A stretch of 40,563 bases of DNA from a virus. Positions 8,775 to 16,350 of this stretch are shown piece by piece (within the stretch, counting starts at the first letter, position 1; every line of letters starts with the position of its first letter). The notes below the pieces were generated by a model. It was given only the letters and a program-made list of their open reading frames with translations. It was not told where the DNA came from and did no database searches. A program made the translations under genes and the position numbers. The DNA is taken from the IMG/VR virus record IMGVR_UViG_3300011442_000007; one strand, 5' to 3'.

Positions 8775-9118
8775 ACGTCTATGCGCTGCTGGTCCTTCTC
8801 GGCGGGGCGATCTATGGATACTGCCTTTTCAAACCGGAGGATCAGTATCCGGTCTTTGCCGCCGGGATGGGCTTGGCACTCGCGATCTTCACATGGCGCG
8901 AGCGGGGCCCGCGGTTCAAAAGCCGATGGTTTCTCTGTGCGTGGGGAACGACCGAGTTTGTGGAGGTGTTTGTCTGTCAAGGCGCACAACTGTGGTGGGT
9001 CATCGAAGGCCCGCAGGGGATGTGCTCCGCGTATACCGGACTGCCGCTGTTCAGTTGGGGGACTGTATGGTTCGCAGTGTTGATCTATCGCTTGGCGAAG
9101 GATATCCCCCGTGGCTGA
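8771..9118 (+). CDS. Multi-pass membrane protein (about 4 TM), lysis-cassette candidate
   Basis: In-frame TTG overlapping the upstream TGA (TTGA). Hydrophobic segments VYALLVLLGGAIYGYCLF, PVFAAGMGLALAIFTW and LPLFSWGTVWFAVLIY. The start is uncertain because the ORF is open from 8684. Confidence 0.45.
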   Translation: MNVYALLVLLGGAIYGYCLFKPEDQYPVFAAGMGLALAIFTWRERGPRFKSRWFLCAWGTTEFVEVFVCQGAQLWWVIEGPQGMCSAYTGLPLFSWGTVWFAVLIYRLAKDIPRG

Positions 9119-9473
9119 CGTCACTTCCGTGATCGCTGGTTCCCTGGCCTACGGCGTCACAGCCATCACGGTGTCGGCGCTGGGCGTAGAGCCTCAGTCG
9201 CTGGTCTACGCAACCATGGGGGCAGGTGTCGGCACCATCGCTGCTCCCGCGCTCGGGCGAATCCGAGCCATTGCGATCTTCGCTTGCGTGGTGTGCCTGT
9301 GCGCCCTGGGTGGGACGGTGTTGGCGCAGGAATACTTCGCAGACCGCGTGCTTGCCAGAAACCTGGCGAGCGGCGGGCTGGCTGCCTTTTTTCACCCATT
9401 GTTTGCCATCGCACTGACAAAACTCGCAGATGTAGTTACATGGTGCCTCAAGCGAATTGGGGTCAACCAATGA
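9111..9473 (+). CDS. Putative holin-like membrane protein (120 aa, 3-4 TM)
   Basis: ORF track. Small, with several TM helices, and upstream of the lysozyme gene. Confidence 0.5.
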   Translation: MADVTSVIAGSLAYGVTAITVSALGVEPQSLVYATMGAGVGTIAAPALGRIRAIAIFACVVCLCALGGTVLAQEYFADRVLARNLASGGLAAFFHPLFAIALTKLADVVTWCLKRIGVNQ

Positions 9474-9763
9474 TTGGTCGCATGTGGGATATGACGGTGT
9501 TCGCGGTGTGCCTATCGTGCATGGTGGCCTGCATCTGCCGGCTGAACCTGCTTGGCATACAGCACAAGTTGTCGGTCTACGCAATGCATGTCGGGCTGCT
9601 GGTGATTTGCGCCTCGGCCGCTCGCAGCGCGTGGGATGGAGCGCTGGACTTGCAGGACTACGGCATAGTGACAGTAGGCGTATGCTGGTTCCTCGTGAGT
9701 TGGCAGACATGGAAAGAGGGCGTGCCCGAGCACTACAAACGCGAGGTAATCAATGGACACTGA
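9470..9763 (+). CDS. Membrane protein (97 aa, about 3 TM)
   Basis: ATGA overlap with the upstream stop. Begins MIGRMWDMTVFAVCLSCMVACI... Confidence 0.5.
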   Translation: MIGRMWDMTVFAVCLSCMVACICRLNLLGIQHKLSVYAMHVGLLVICASAARSAWDGALDLQDYGIVTVGVCWFLVSWQTWKEGVPEHYKREVINGH

Positions 9764-10076
9764 CATCGACACAGCAGCAACCCCCCTGGCCTTGGACAAG
9801 CTCAAAGCGCAGGAATATCGCGACGCCCTCAAGGATGAGAAAGCGCACCGTACCGCAATGCGCCAGATCGCCCAGGAGCAGGCGGCGCTCAACATCGACA
9901 CAGGTCAGGCGATCACGGCTGACACCATGCCGGAGTTCAAGCGGGAGGTGATCTTGGCCCTGATCCCGAAGTACATGACCACCAGCACGAACACCACGCC
10001 TGCAGGAGCAGCGTCCGATGCGGTGGCGGACTGCATGCGGCTCAAGGCGGCCCTTGACGAGATTCTGAAGTTGTGA
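9753..10076 (+). CDS. Hypothetical protein (107 aa)
   Basis: ORF track. 11-nt overlap with the upstream gene. Confidence 0.5.
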   Translation: MDTDIDTAATPLALDKLKAQEYRDALKDEKAHRTAMRQIAQEQAALNIDTGQAITADTMPEFKREVILALIPKYMTTSTNTTPAGAASDAVADCMRLKAALDEILKL

Positions 10077-10255
10077 AACCCGAGCGGGCTAGCCTGTGGA
10101 AGGTCGAGCGGCCTGTGCAGCAGGCTCGCAGATGGCCCATCGGTTACCCTCCAGACTTGGTAACACCCATCGAAACACTCAGGGATGCGCTGTCGCACCA
10201 GACGGCACTTGCCGAGAGTCTGTGGCGGCAGTACATGCTCAGGAGGGCAGCGTGA
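10073..10255 (+). CDS. Hypothetical protein (60 aa)
   Basis: ORF track. GTGA coupling at both ends. Confidence 0.4.
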   Translation: MKPERASLWKVERPVQQARRWPIGYPPDLVTPIETLRDALSHQTALAESLWRQYMLRRAA

Positions 10256-10455
10256 CCCCTGACGGCTGGGCCATCTTCTACGGTCACAACCTGCGTACAT
10301 TTACGTGGGACTTGAGTCGTCTAGATCGCCTATCCCAGAGTCTTCATGGACTCATAGTCCCAATGGCTTACATCCTGACAGACGTAACCCCAGAGATGCA
10401 AAGGCTGATTCAGGAGCACCGGACTGATGATCGGTCTACGGTGCCGCTGCGATGA
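10252..10455 (+). CDS. Hypothetical protein (67 aa)
   Basis: In-frame GTG at 10252 overlapping the upstream TGA. Part of ORF 10096..10455. Confidence 0.4.
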   Translation: MTPDGWAIFYGHNLRTFTWDLSRLDRLSQSLHGLIVPMAYILTDVTPEMQRLIQEHRTDDRSTVPLR

Positions 10456-10700
10456 AGTACACGAAGATGATTGAACCATCGGCTACGGAGTGGCCCGATT
10501 GGATCGCCCCGAAGCATCGCGGTTACCGGATGGCATGTTGCGACTGTGGGCTCGTGCACGACTTGGCTTTCGCAGTTGCGAAAGTGACTCGCTATACGAA
10601 AGCTGGATTCAAATATAAGGTTGTCAGCGGCCATCGTGTTCTGATGACTGCCAAGCGCAACAATCGGGCTACGGCAGCGAAGCGTAGGAACAAGAAGTGA
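10452..10700 (+). CDS. Hypothetical protein with a basic C-terminus (82 aa)
   Basis: ORF track. ATGA coupling. Confidence 0.5.
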   Translation: MKYTKMIEPSATEWPDWIAPKHRGYRMACCDCGLVHDLAFAVAKVTRYTKAGFKYKVVSGHRVLMTAKRNNRATAAKRRNKK

Positions 10701-11737
10701 TATCCGAGCGTTGTTTAGCGCTCATCAAGGAATTCGAGGGCCTGCGCCTCCAAGCGTACCCTGATCCTGCTTCCGGTGGTGAACCGTGGACCATCGGATA
10801 CGGGCACACGGGAGGTGTCAGACAGGGCGACGTTTGCACGCAGGAACAGGCTGACGCATGGTTAAGGGAAGACGCGGAAACAGCCTCTAGAGCCGTTCTA
10901 CGCCACTGCGTGCCCATGCTCACGCAGAACCAGCTTGATGCGCTAACCTCATTCGTCTTCAACCTCGGGGAAGGCAACTTCGCCAGTTCCACCCTGCTCA
11001 AGAAGAGCAACGCTCAGGACTGGGCCGGAGCTAGAGAGGAGTTCGCAAGATGGAACCATGCGGCCGGCAAAGAGATGCCAGGTCTTACACGGCGCCGTGC
11101 CGAAGAAGCGGCATTGTTCGGTGGCTCACCAGATGAGCCAGTTACTCAGGAGAAACCCGTGCTGCCACTACTCCCATTACTGATCCCCCTCGCCTCAAGT
11201 CTCATCGATGCCTTCTCACCACTAGCTAGGGAGAAGATCACGAAAGAGATGGGCCGGCATACCGACAAACCTGAGGTAGCCGAGCAGATCGCCACCGGGA
11301 TCATCGAAACCGTCAAAACGCTTACTAGCCAATCAGACCCGATTCAAGCGGTGGCCCAAGCTCGGAATGATCCTGCGATCATGGCCCAGGTCGAATCCAA
11401 TGCACTTGATACGCTCGACAGGCTCGTGGGGGTCGTGGAGCGAGTCAACAAGTTCGAGCGGGAAGATATCGACTCCGCACGGAGATACAACGCAGAGGAA
11501 CCGCTGTTCCTCGACACCCCATGGCTGAAGCTGAAGTTCATTCATATTCTGTCCCTAGTCTTTGTCACGTTCAGTGCGTGGTTCGTCAGCACCAAGTGGG
11601 ACTCGCTTACTGCTGAACTCCGTGGCGCAGTCATCACCCTGATGGTGATTGCGGGATGGAATGGGGTCAGGGATTACTGGATGAGCAGCAGCGCTGGGAG
11701 CACGCTCAAGACGCAACTATTGAACCGGAAGGATTAG
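10697..11737 (+). CDS. GH24 (T4/P22-type) lysozyme with a roughly 190-aa C-terminal extension carrying two predicted TM helices
   Basis: The N-terminal 150 aa read LIKEFEGLRLQAYPDPASGGEPWTIGYGHT...NQLDALTSFVFNLGEGNF...RRRAEEAALF. This gives a catalytic Glu in EFEG and the GH24 motif order. The C-terminus has FIHILSLVFVTFSAWFVST and AVITLMVIAGWNGV. Confidence 0.8.
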   Translation: MISERCLALIKEFEGLRLQAYPDPASGGEPWTIGYGHTGGVRQGDVCTQEQADAWLREDAETASRAVLRHCVPMLTQNQLDALTSFVFNLGEGNFASSTLLKKSNAQDWAGAREEFARWNHAAGKEMPGLTRRRAEEAALFGGSPDEPVTQEKPVLPLLPLLIPLASSLIDAFSPLAREKITKEMGRHTDKPEVAEQIATGIIETVKTLTSQSDPIQAVAQARNDPAIMAQVESNALDTLDRLVGVVERVNKFEREDIDSARRYNAEEPLFLDTPWLKLKFIHILSLVFVTFSAWFVSTKWDSLTAELRGAVITLMVIAGWNGVRDYWMSSSAGSTLKTQLLNRKD

Positions 11738-11739
11738 GC

Positions 11740-12027
11740 TCATCGCGGCTCATCTGACTGTTGGGGGTGGGCCTTGAGCCAATCCGGTGCGCCATCGAAC
11801 GACCCACCATCAATGCCAGCGAGCGCATCCATGAGTGCCGAGATTTTGTCGCCCCGACCAGTCACAGATCCATGTGCGCCCGCATAGGCGCAGACCTCTT
11901 GCGCTGCGAAATACAGCTGGGCCCACGCCACCGGCGCATCTAGCTTGGGTGCAGCGGCGGCTGCGATGTACAACTTCGTGCCATCACAAAACGGGCACGG
12001 CAGCAGAGTCTTGGGGATCTCGCTCAT
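11740..12027 (-). CDS. Hypothetical protein with an N-terminal CPFC zinc-ribbon-like motif (weakly Lar-like)
   Basis: ORF track. LLPCPFCDGTKL at the N-terminus. GGAG lies 8 nt upstream of the ATG. Confidence 0.5.
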   Translation of the reverse strand: MSEIPKTLLPCPFCDGTKLYIAAAAAPKLDAPVAWAQLYFAAQEVCAYAGAHGSVTGRGDKISALMDALAGIDGGSFDGAPDWLKAHPQQSDEPR

Positions 12028-12284
12028 CTCTCTGGCTCCTGCGTGTTGGGTGCAGCAGAATCCTCGTCAAGCCAGCGAACAATTCGAGCGAGCGCTACGG
12101 CTGGAGGAATACGCTGGTTTGACTCCGCTGCGCAGCACCTGAGGCTTCGGCGTAGGCGCGCATTTGGTTGGCGGTGTAGCCGGTCCATGTCGTTTCGATC
12201 TCTCTAATGAACGGGCTACCTGTCGCCACTAGGCGTTTGATCTACGCAGGCTCAGGCAGTGCAAGCAGGTCTAGGCGCGTGCGT

Positions 12285-13340
12285 TTACGCGCCGACGATG
12301 GGCGCCAGCATGTCGAGGGCTTGGGTCTTCACCTCATGCCCCTTGCCGAACAAAGCGGAATCGAACCGGCTATCAGCGGTGCGCCCCAATTGGTGGTCGA
12401 CGTGTTCGGTAATCGCGTTGAACAAGCCCCACCGGGTGCCCGCGCTTCCGAGGTGATCGGCGCCGCGTGCCTTGCCGTTGAAAAGGTCCAGCACCTTGGG
12501 CACGCTGCGCTGCTCGCGCACGGCGGCATCCGATGCGAGCGGCCGCGTGAGCAGCTGCGCGAATTCGCTTCCGTCAATCGTGCCGCCCATCGTGACCGGT
12601 TCGGCCGGATTGATGCGCGCGGGTTGGCCGAACAGCTGGCGCAGAATGTCGCGCGCTTCGTTCACGTGGCAGGGGGTTTCGGCCATGCGGCGCGCGCGCT
12701 CCATGAACTGGTCGAAGGATTCGCGCGCCACGCCCACGGCCGATTTGGCCGCATCGGCATCGAAGACGGAGCGATGCGATACGCGCACCCGCTTGCCGGC
12801 CGTGTCGGCCAGCGCGAGGCGCAGCGTGTTTGCGCACACCACGCGGATTGCAGTCATGGCCGCTACGGTGGCCAACGATCCGTCAAGGGATGTCGCGAGC
12901 AGCAAATTGCCCCGCACGCGATCCCCGGGGGTCACGTCCCCCTCGGTGTGGTTGCGTGCGAGTGCCCAAATCTTGCGCCCGCCCTTGAGCGATCCGGCCG
13001 TGTGGATCGTCCATTGCCAGCTGTCGGCCATGTCTCGGAAGAACTCAAGCACTTCGGCCGGTTGCACGGTTTTGTACCCGTCACCGACCACGGACAGCGG
13101 AGCGCCCGTGTCGTTGCGATACAGCACTTTCTTTTCCGGGTAGGCCATGGTGCGGCCGCCTTCGCCCATCTGGTACTGCACCGGGGCTTCGATTGCCTGC
13201 CAGTCGAGCCCGGCGGCCGTTTGCCATTCTTCGATGGTGGCCCCCTCGGTCACGCGTTGCCCGAGCCCATGCCATGGGGTGGTGCCCGTGAATGCCATCT
13301 CGGCAAAACCGTTTGCACGTTGGGTGATGTCGTGTGCCAT
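12285..13340 (-). CDS. DUF932-family phage/plasmid-like protein
   Basis: MAHDITQRANGFAEMAFTGTTPWHGLG... is the typical DUF932 N-terminus. GGAG lies 8 nt upstream of the ATG at 13340. The ORF-track maximum start is 13367. Confidence 0.65.
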   Translation of the reverse strand: MAHDITQRANGFAEMAFTGTTPWHGLGQRVTEGATIEEWQTAAGLDWQAIEAPVQYQMGEGGRTMAYPEKKVLYRNDTGAPLSVVGDGYKTVQPAEVLEFFRDMADSWQWTIHTAGSLKGGRKIWALARNHTEGDVTPGDRVRGNLLLATSLDGSLATVAAMTAIRVVCANTLRLALADTAGKRVRVSHRSVFDADAAKSAVGVARESFDQFMERARRMAETPCHVNEARDILRQLFGQPARINPAEPVTMGGTIDGSEFAQLLTRPLASDAAVREQRSVPKVLDLFNGKARGADHLGSAGTRWGLFNAITEHVDHQLGRTADSRFDSALFGKGHEVKTQALDMLAPIVGA

Positions 13341-13422
13341 GTTGCAAGCTCCATAGAGCGCCGGCATCCGGCCGGCATCGGGTGTGCGTCAATCGCACGC
13401 CATAGCCCCACGCGTAGGTCGT

Positions 13423-13932
13423 TCATATCCCCTCCAACACCGGAGCCACAGGCTCCAAAGCGGCGGCGATGCCAGGGGCGCTGAACGTGAGCATTTGGTC
13501 GGCGGTGTATGCTGCCTCCAATTCGTGATCCCGAAACTTGACGCCTCGTTGGCTTCCGAAGGCGTCGATCAGTTCAAGCAATTCCGTCATTTCAGCTATT
13601 GTCATTTGACTTGTCCGATCCCCCAAGACAACGAACCCGGTCCCCTCGATGTTTGGGACGACGCGCTGTTTGCGAAGTGATGCTGTCAACATGGCTTTCC
13701 AGTCATCCGCATCGAGCGTCATCCCGTGCCACGGAACCTGCGCGGCAATATCTCCGAGGCGCCACCAGAGCAAACGGTTCTGCGCGAGTGAACGCGTGTC
13801 GGCACGCACATCGATATGCAGCCGGTGCCCAGCAAGAAGGAACGGCTTTGCAGCGCGCCATATCGAGCCTAGCAGCGTGTGCGCCTGGGTCGGCTCGTAC
13901 AGCACGGAGCGGATGCGCTCGAAGCTCACCAT
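13423..13932 (-). CDS. ninB: NinB-family recombination protein
   Basis: RSLAQNRLLWWRLGDIAAQVPWHGMTLDADDWKAMLTASLRKQRVVPNIEGTGFVVLG...ELLELIDAFGSQRGVKF aligns by eye with lambda NinB (...RSLDQNRKLWACLGDVSRQVEWHGRWLDAESWK...). Confidence 0.8.
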   Translation of the reverse strand: MVSFERIRSVLYEPTQAHTLLGSIWRAAKPFLLAGHRLHIDVRADTRSLAQNRLLWWRLGDIAAQVPWHGMTLDADDWKAMLTASLRKQRVVPNIEGTGFVVLGDRTSQMTIAEMTELLELIDAFGSQRGVKFRDHELEAAYTADQMLTFSAPGIAAALEPVAPVLEGI

Positions 13933-14198
13933 TCATCCTTTGCTCTGAACTCTGCATAAGTCATCGACTCGCCAACAGCGCCGACGCCAGTAAGGATGAA
14001 CGATTCTCGGCTACGACTTACCGTGCGAATGCCTCGTTTCTGCTTGCGGACAGTGAATTCCTCGTAGCTGAACTGCGCCTTGCCGCTGCCGTGGCACCCA
14101 TGGCAGATTACGGCCGTCCCTGGAGGTTCTAAGAATCCGCTATAGAGGCCGGTACCGCGGCAGGATGGGCATTGAATGGTGATTGTCTTAGATGACAC
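13926..14198 (-). CDS. DnaJ-type CxxCxGxG zinc-finger protein (90 aa)
   Basis: CPSCRGTG and CHGCHGSG motifs. Confidence 0.55.
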   Translation of the reverse strand: MSSKTITIQCPSCRGTGLYSGFLEPPGTAVICHGCHGSGKAQFSYEEFTVRKQKRGIRTVSRSRESFILTGVGAVGESMTYAEFRAKDEW

Positions 14199-14361
14199 GG
14201 ATCAACCCCTCTCGCGCTAACTGCCCCCACGTCATGCGGATTGCCTCGTCCAGAGCATGTACGCGCTTGTCCTCCCACCGCTGAAGCTGATGCACGTCGG
14301 GCTGTCTATCTTGAAGGGGTCGGCCATGAAGTTTCCACACGTTATTCCGGAGAGCCATCAT
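14188..14361 (-). CDS. Hypothetical protein (57 aa)
   Basis: ATGA-type coupling with the stop of the upstream gene at 14358. Within ORF 14188..14415. Confidence 0.4.
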   Translation of the reverse strand: MMALRNNVWKLHGRPLQDRQPDVHQLQRWEDKRVHALDEAIRMTWGQLAREGLIRVI

Positions 14362-14978
14362 TTCTTCTCCATTGAACTGATAGCCGAGCGGGTCTTCGAG
14401 TCCAGCAGATACCACAGCGCCTTTTTGAGTTCGGTCGGGTCTTCATCAGGCCAGTTGTCGTAAGCCTCGCTGAATACGGCTTTGACGCCATCGCCGTTCA
14501 TGTGCTTTGTCTGCACCACGATCCTTTGCGAAAGCGCCCGGAGCGAGTCCTGAATCTCGGGCTGGAGATTGGCGAATGAGGCAGTCGTCAAGTCGCTCGC
14601 GGAGGCGCCTATTGAGGTGGTAGCTGGCTCACCTTTGGCCCAGCTGATGGCCCTAGCCACTTCATCGGCGGAAGCGAACTCGGTGCCTCCTAGGCCCAAC
14701 GCAGCCAATGCGCGCCCGATGGCGGAAGTCTCCGCATTCTCAAGCGCCGAGGTCTTGTTGATCTCGGATGCCTTGCGGTATTCCTCGGCGTGTCCGGTAG
14801 CGATGACTCGTCCGGATTCGTCAGCGATGGTCGCCAGCATCACCACGCAATCCAGGTCGCGGTGCAGGATCGTCGTCACCAGTGAATAGCTCGGGAATGC
14901 CTCCCGAAAACCATGCACCCGAAGCGCGACGGTCTGATATTCCTTGCCTCGGATGTTGACGATTCCTGGCTTGTTCAT
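14358..14978 (-). CDS. Putative ssDNA-annealing/recombination protein (ERF/Sak-like; family uncertain)
   Basis: The pattern KEYQTVALRVHGFREAFP...ATIADESGRVIATGHAEE...NKTSALENAETSAIGRALAALGLGG is typical of phage annealing-type proteins. It neighbours ninB. AGGAG lies upstream. Confidence 0.45.
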   Translation of the reverse strand: MNKPGIVNIRGKEYQTVALRVHGFREAFPSYSLVTTILHRDLDCVVMLATIADESGRVIATGHAEEYRKASEINKTSALENAETSAIGRALAALGLGGTEFASADEVARAISWAKGEPATTSIGASASDLTTASFANLQPEIQDSLRALSQRIVVQTKHMNGDGVKAVFSEAYDNWPDEDPTELKKALWYLLDSKTRSAISSMEKK

Positions 14979-15026
14979 TTTCCCATTGCTCCTGAAGCTG
15001 TAGACCGACCGTTTGTTGCCATTGCA

Positions 15027-15182
15027 TCACCGCTGACTCCTAAACCAACGCGCGACTCGCTGCCAAAATGTTGGCTTGGTCGGTATGGTGTGCCAGTACG
15101 CTCGCTCATCCGAGAAAGCCTCAGAGATAGAACGTTTTGTGCGCTGCTTGTGGTGGGCGGTAAGGATGTCATTACTGAACAC
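15027..15182 (-). CDS. Hypothetical small protein (51 aa; frame choice tentative)
   Basis: Two overlapping minus-strand ORFs exist here. This frame has clearly higher third-position G+C by hand count (about 32 of 51) than the alternative 14975..15172 (about 27 of 64). Confidence 0.3.
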   Translation of the reverse strand: MFSNDILTAHHKQRTKRSISEAFSDERAYWHTIPTKPTFWQRVARWFRSQR

Positions 15183-15396
15183 GATTAACCCCCAAGTTAC
15201 GTGCGAAAGGAGTGCCCCTGCGCAGCGAATTCTCAAGCGAGTTGTATTTGACGCCTAGGCGCTCGGCTGCCTCAACCAGCGTCATCCGCTGCCCGTTAAT
15301 GATGACAATCGCGTTGCGTCGCGTATTCCGCGCCTGTTCAGTGAGAGTGGCCCTGCGCACTGTGGGGTGTTTGTCCTCATTGAGCATCAGCCCCAT
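15172..15396 (-). CDS. Small protein, possibly DNA-binding (74 aa)
   Basis: Internal ATG (MGLMLNEDKHP...) of ORF 15172..15576. The segment MTLVEAAERLGVKYNSLENSLRRG is HTH-like. Confidence 0.45.
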   Translation of the reverse strand: MGLMLNEDKHPTVRRATLTEQARNTRRNAIVIINGQRMTLVEAAERLGVKYNSLENSLRRGTPFARNLGVNRVQ

Positions 15397-15536
15397 GACG
15401 GCCCCATGAACTTGTAAGCCACCGCAGCCACCACCATGATGCAGGCGAGCCAGATGGCAACATCCGGCAGGATAGACCGGCGGCGCCTCTTGACCCACGC
15501 ACCGGGGTGCATGTGCCCATGGAAAACGACTCTCAT
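15387..15536 (-). CDS. Small membrane protein (49 aa)
   Basis: ATGA coupling at 15533..15536. TM segment VAIWLACIMVVAAVAY preceded by RRRR. Confidence 0.4.
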   Translation of the reverse strand: MRVVFHGHMHPGAWVKRRRRSILPDVAIWLACIMVVAAVAYKFMGPSWG

Positions 15537-15715
15537 TGCTGCCTCCGAATGTGGTTGATAGCTGCCTGTGCCCCATCCGCGAATGCGAGTTGGCACAGCA
15601 TCGTCAGCAGTTCGTGCACTCGCTCCTGCGACACGTCGTTGTCATCGAGCACCACGACGGCTTGCGCGATCCGCTCTTGAGTGGCGGCAGAGATAGCGAA
15701 CGGAAGGTCGGTCAC
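15533..15715 (-). CDS. Hypothetical protein (60 aa)
   Basis: GTGA coupling with the upstream stop at 15712. Confidence 0.4.
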   Translation of the reverse strand: MTDLPFAISAATQERIAQAVVVLDDNDVSQERVHELLTMLCQLAFADGAQAAINHIRRQQ

Positions 15716-16002
15716 TTCTGCCTCCCAAGGTACCGTGCCTTGAGCGCATCGAGCGCCAGCAGCCGGATGCCCGTGTCCTCGTCCTTCAGCGCCAGGCACA
15801 GCAACTCATCCGGCCGGCAAGGACCGCCTACCCCCTCCGCGAGCCGCCACGCGACGTGTTGGAGAAAGTACGGGTCAACCGTCTCCTGCCCATAGGCTCC
15901 GTCGTTGAGCCAGTTGCAGAAGTCAGCCATGCACAGGAACGGAGATTCCGGGTCCTCGGGGTTATCGTGCGCGGGGTCGCCGCTGTAGGCTAGGACGCTC
16001 AT
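15712..16002 (-). CDS. Hypothetical acidic protein (96 aa)
   Basis: ORF track. Abuts the upstream gene. Confidence 0.5.
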   Translation of the reverse strand: MSVLAYSGDPAHDNPEDPESPFLCMADFCNWLNDGAYGQETVDPYFLQHVAWRLAEGVGGPCRPDELLCLALKDEDTGIRLLALDALKARYLGRQK

Positions 16003-16350
16003 TCAGAACTCCTGTGCACCAAGTGCCTTAGCGATCCGCACGGCGCTTTCGCCATCGGTTGCCCACTGACCCACACGGGTGACCAGATCAACGATCGCCT
16101 CGTCCTCGGTCCTGCCCCAGCCGTGGCGGCCCACATCCTCGTCATCGCCCTCGAACAGCGCGCGCCAGTCATGGTCGCGCACGGGGATCGGGGGGTATTC
16201 GTGGATCGTGACGAGCTTTTGGCCTCGACGCTCGGTCAAATTGCCCATGTAGTCGTCAAAAACACCGTCTCGCTCGTGTGTCATGATTCCCTTTCTGAAC
16301 TGCGCGTCAATGTTGGGGTTGTCTGCGATGGATTGGAGCAGGGGGTTCAT
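16003..16350 (-). CDS. Hypothetical protein (115 aa)
   Basis: ORF track. ATGA coupling with the pentapeptide-repeat gene. Confidence 0.5.
   Translation of the reverse strand: MNPLLQSIADNPNIDAQFRKGIMTHERDGVFDDYMGNLTERRGQKLVTIHEYPPIPVRDHDWRALFEGDDEDVGRHGWGRTEDEAIVDLVTRVGQWATDGESAVRIAKALGAQEF

Noticed and set aside
12095-12229. 44-aa GTG-started minus-strand ORF (…IETTWTGYTANQMRAYAEASGAAQ…) in the 257-bp gap between the DUF932 and CPFC-motif genes
   Set aside because: It has fairly high G/C3 but no RBS, a non-ATG start and a competing 54-aa ATG ORF in another frame. The evidence is insufficient to call.
12207-13484. 425-aa + strand ORF antisense to the DUF932 gene
   Set aside because: The Arg/Ala/Gly/His-rich translation has no motif. 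It lies opposite a gene with a recognisable family signature and RBS. This is the typical shadow ORF of GC-rich DNA.
14975-15172. Alternative 65-aa minus-strand ORF with TAATG and ATGA coupling
   Set aside because: The translation is Ser/Thr/Gly-rich. Third-position G+C is clearly lower than in the overlapping frame 15027..15182. It remains unresolved, so the other frame is reported only at low confidence.
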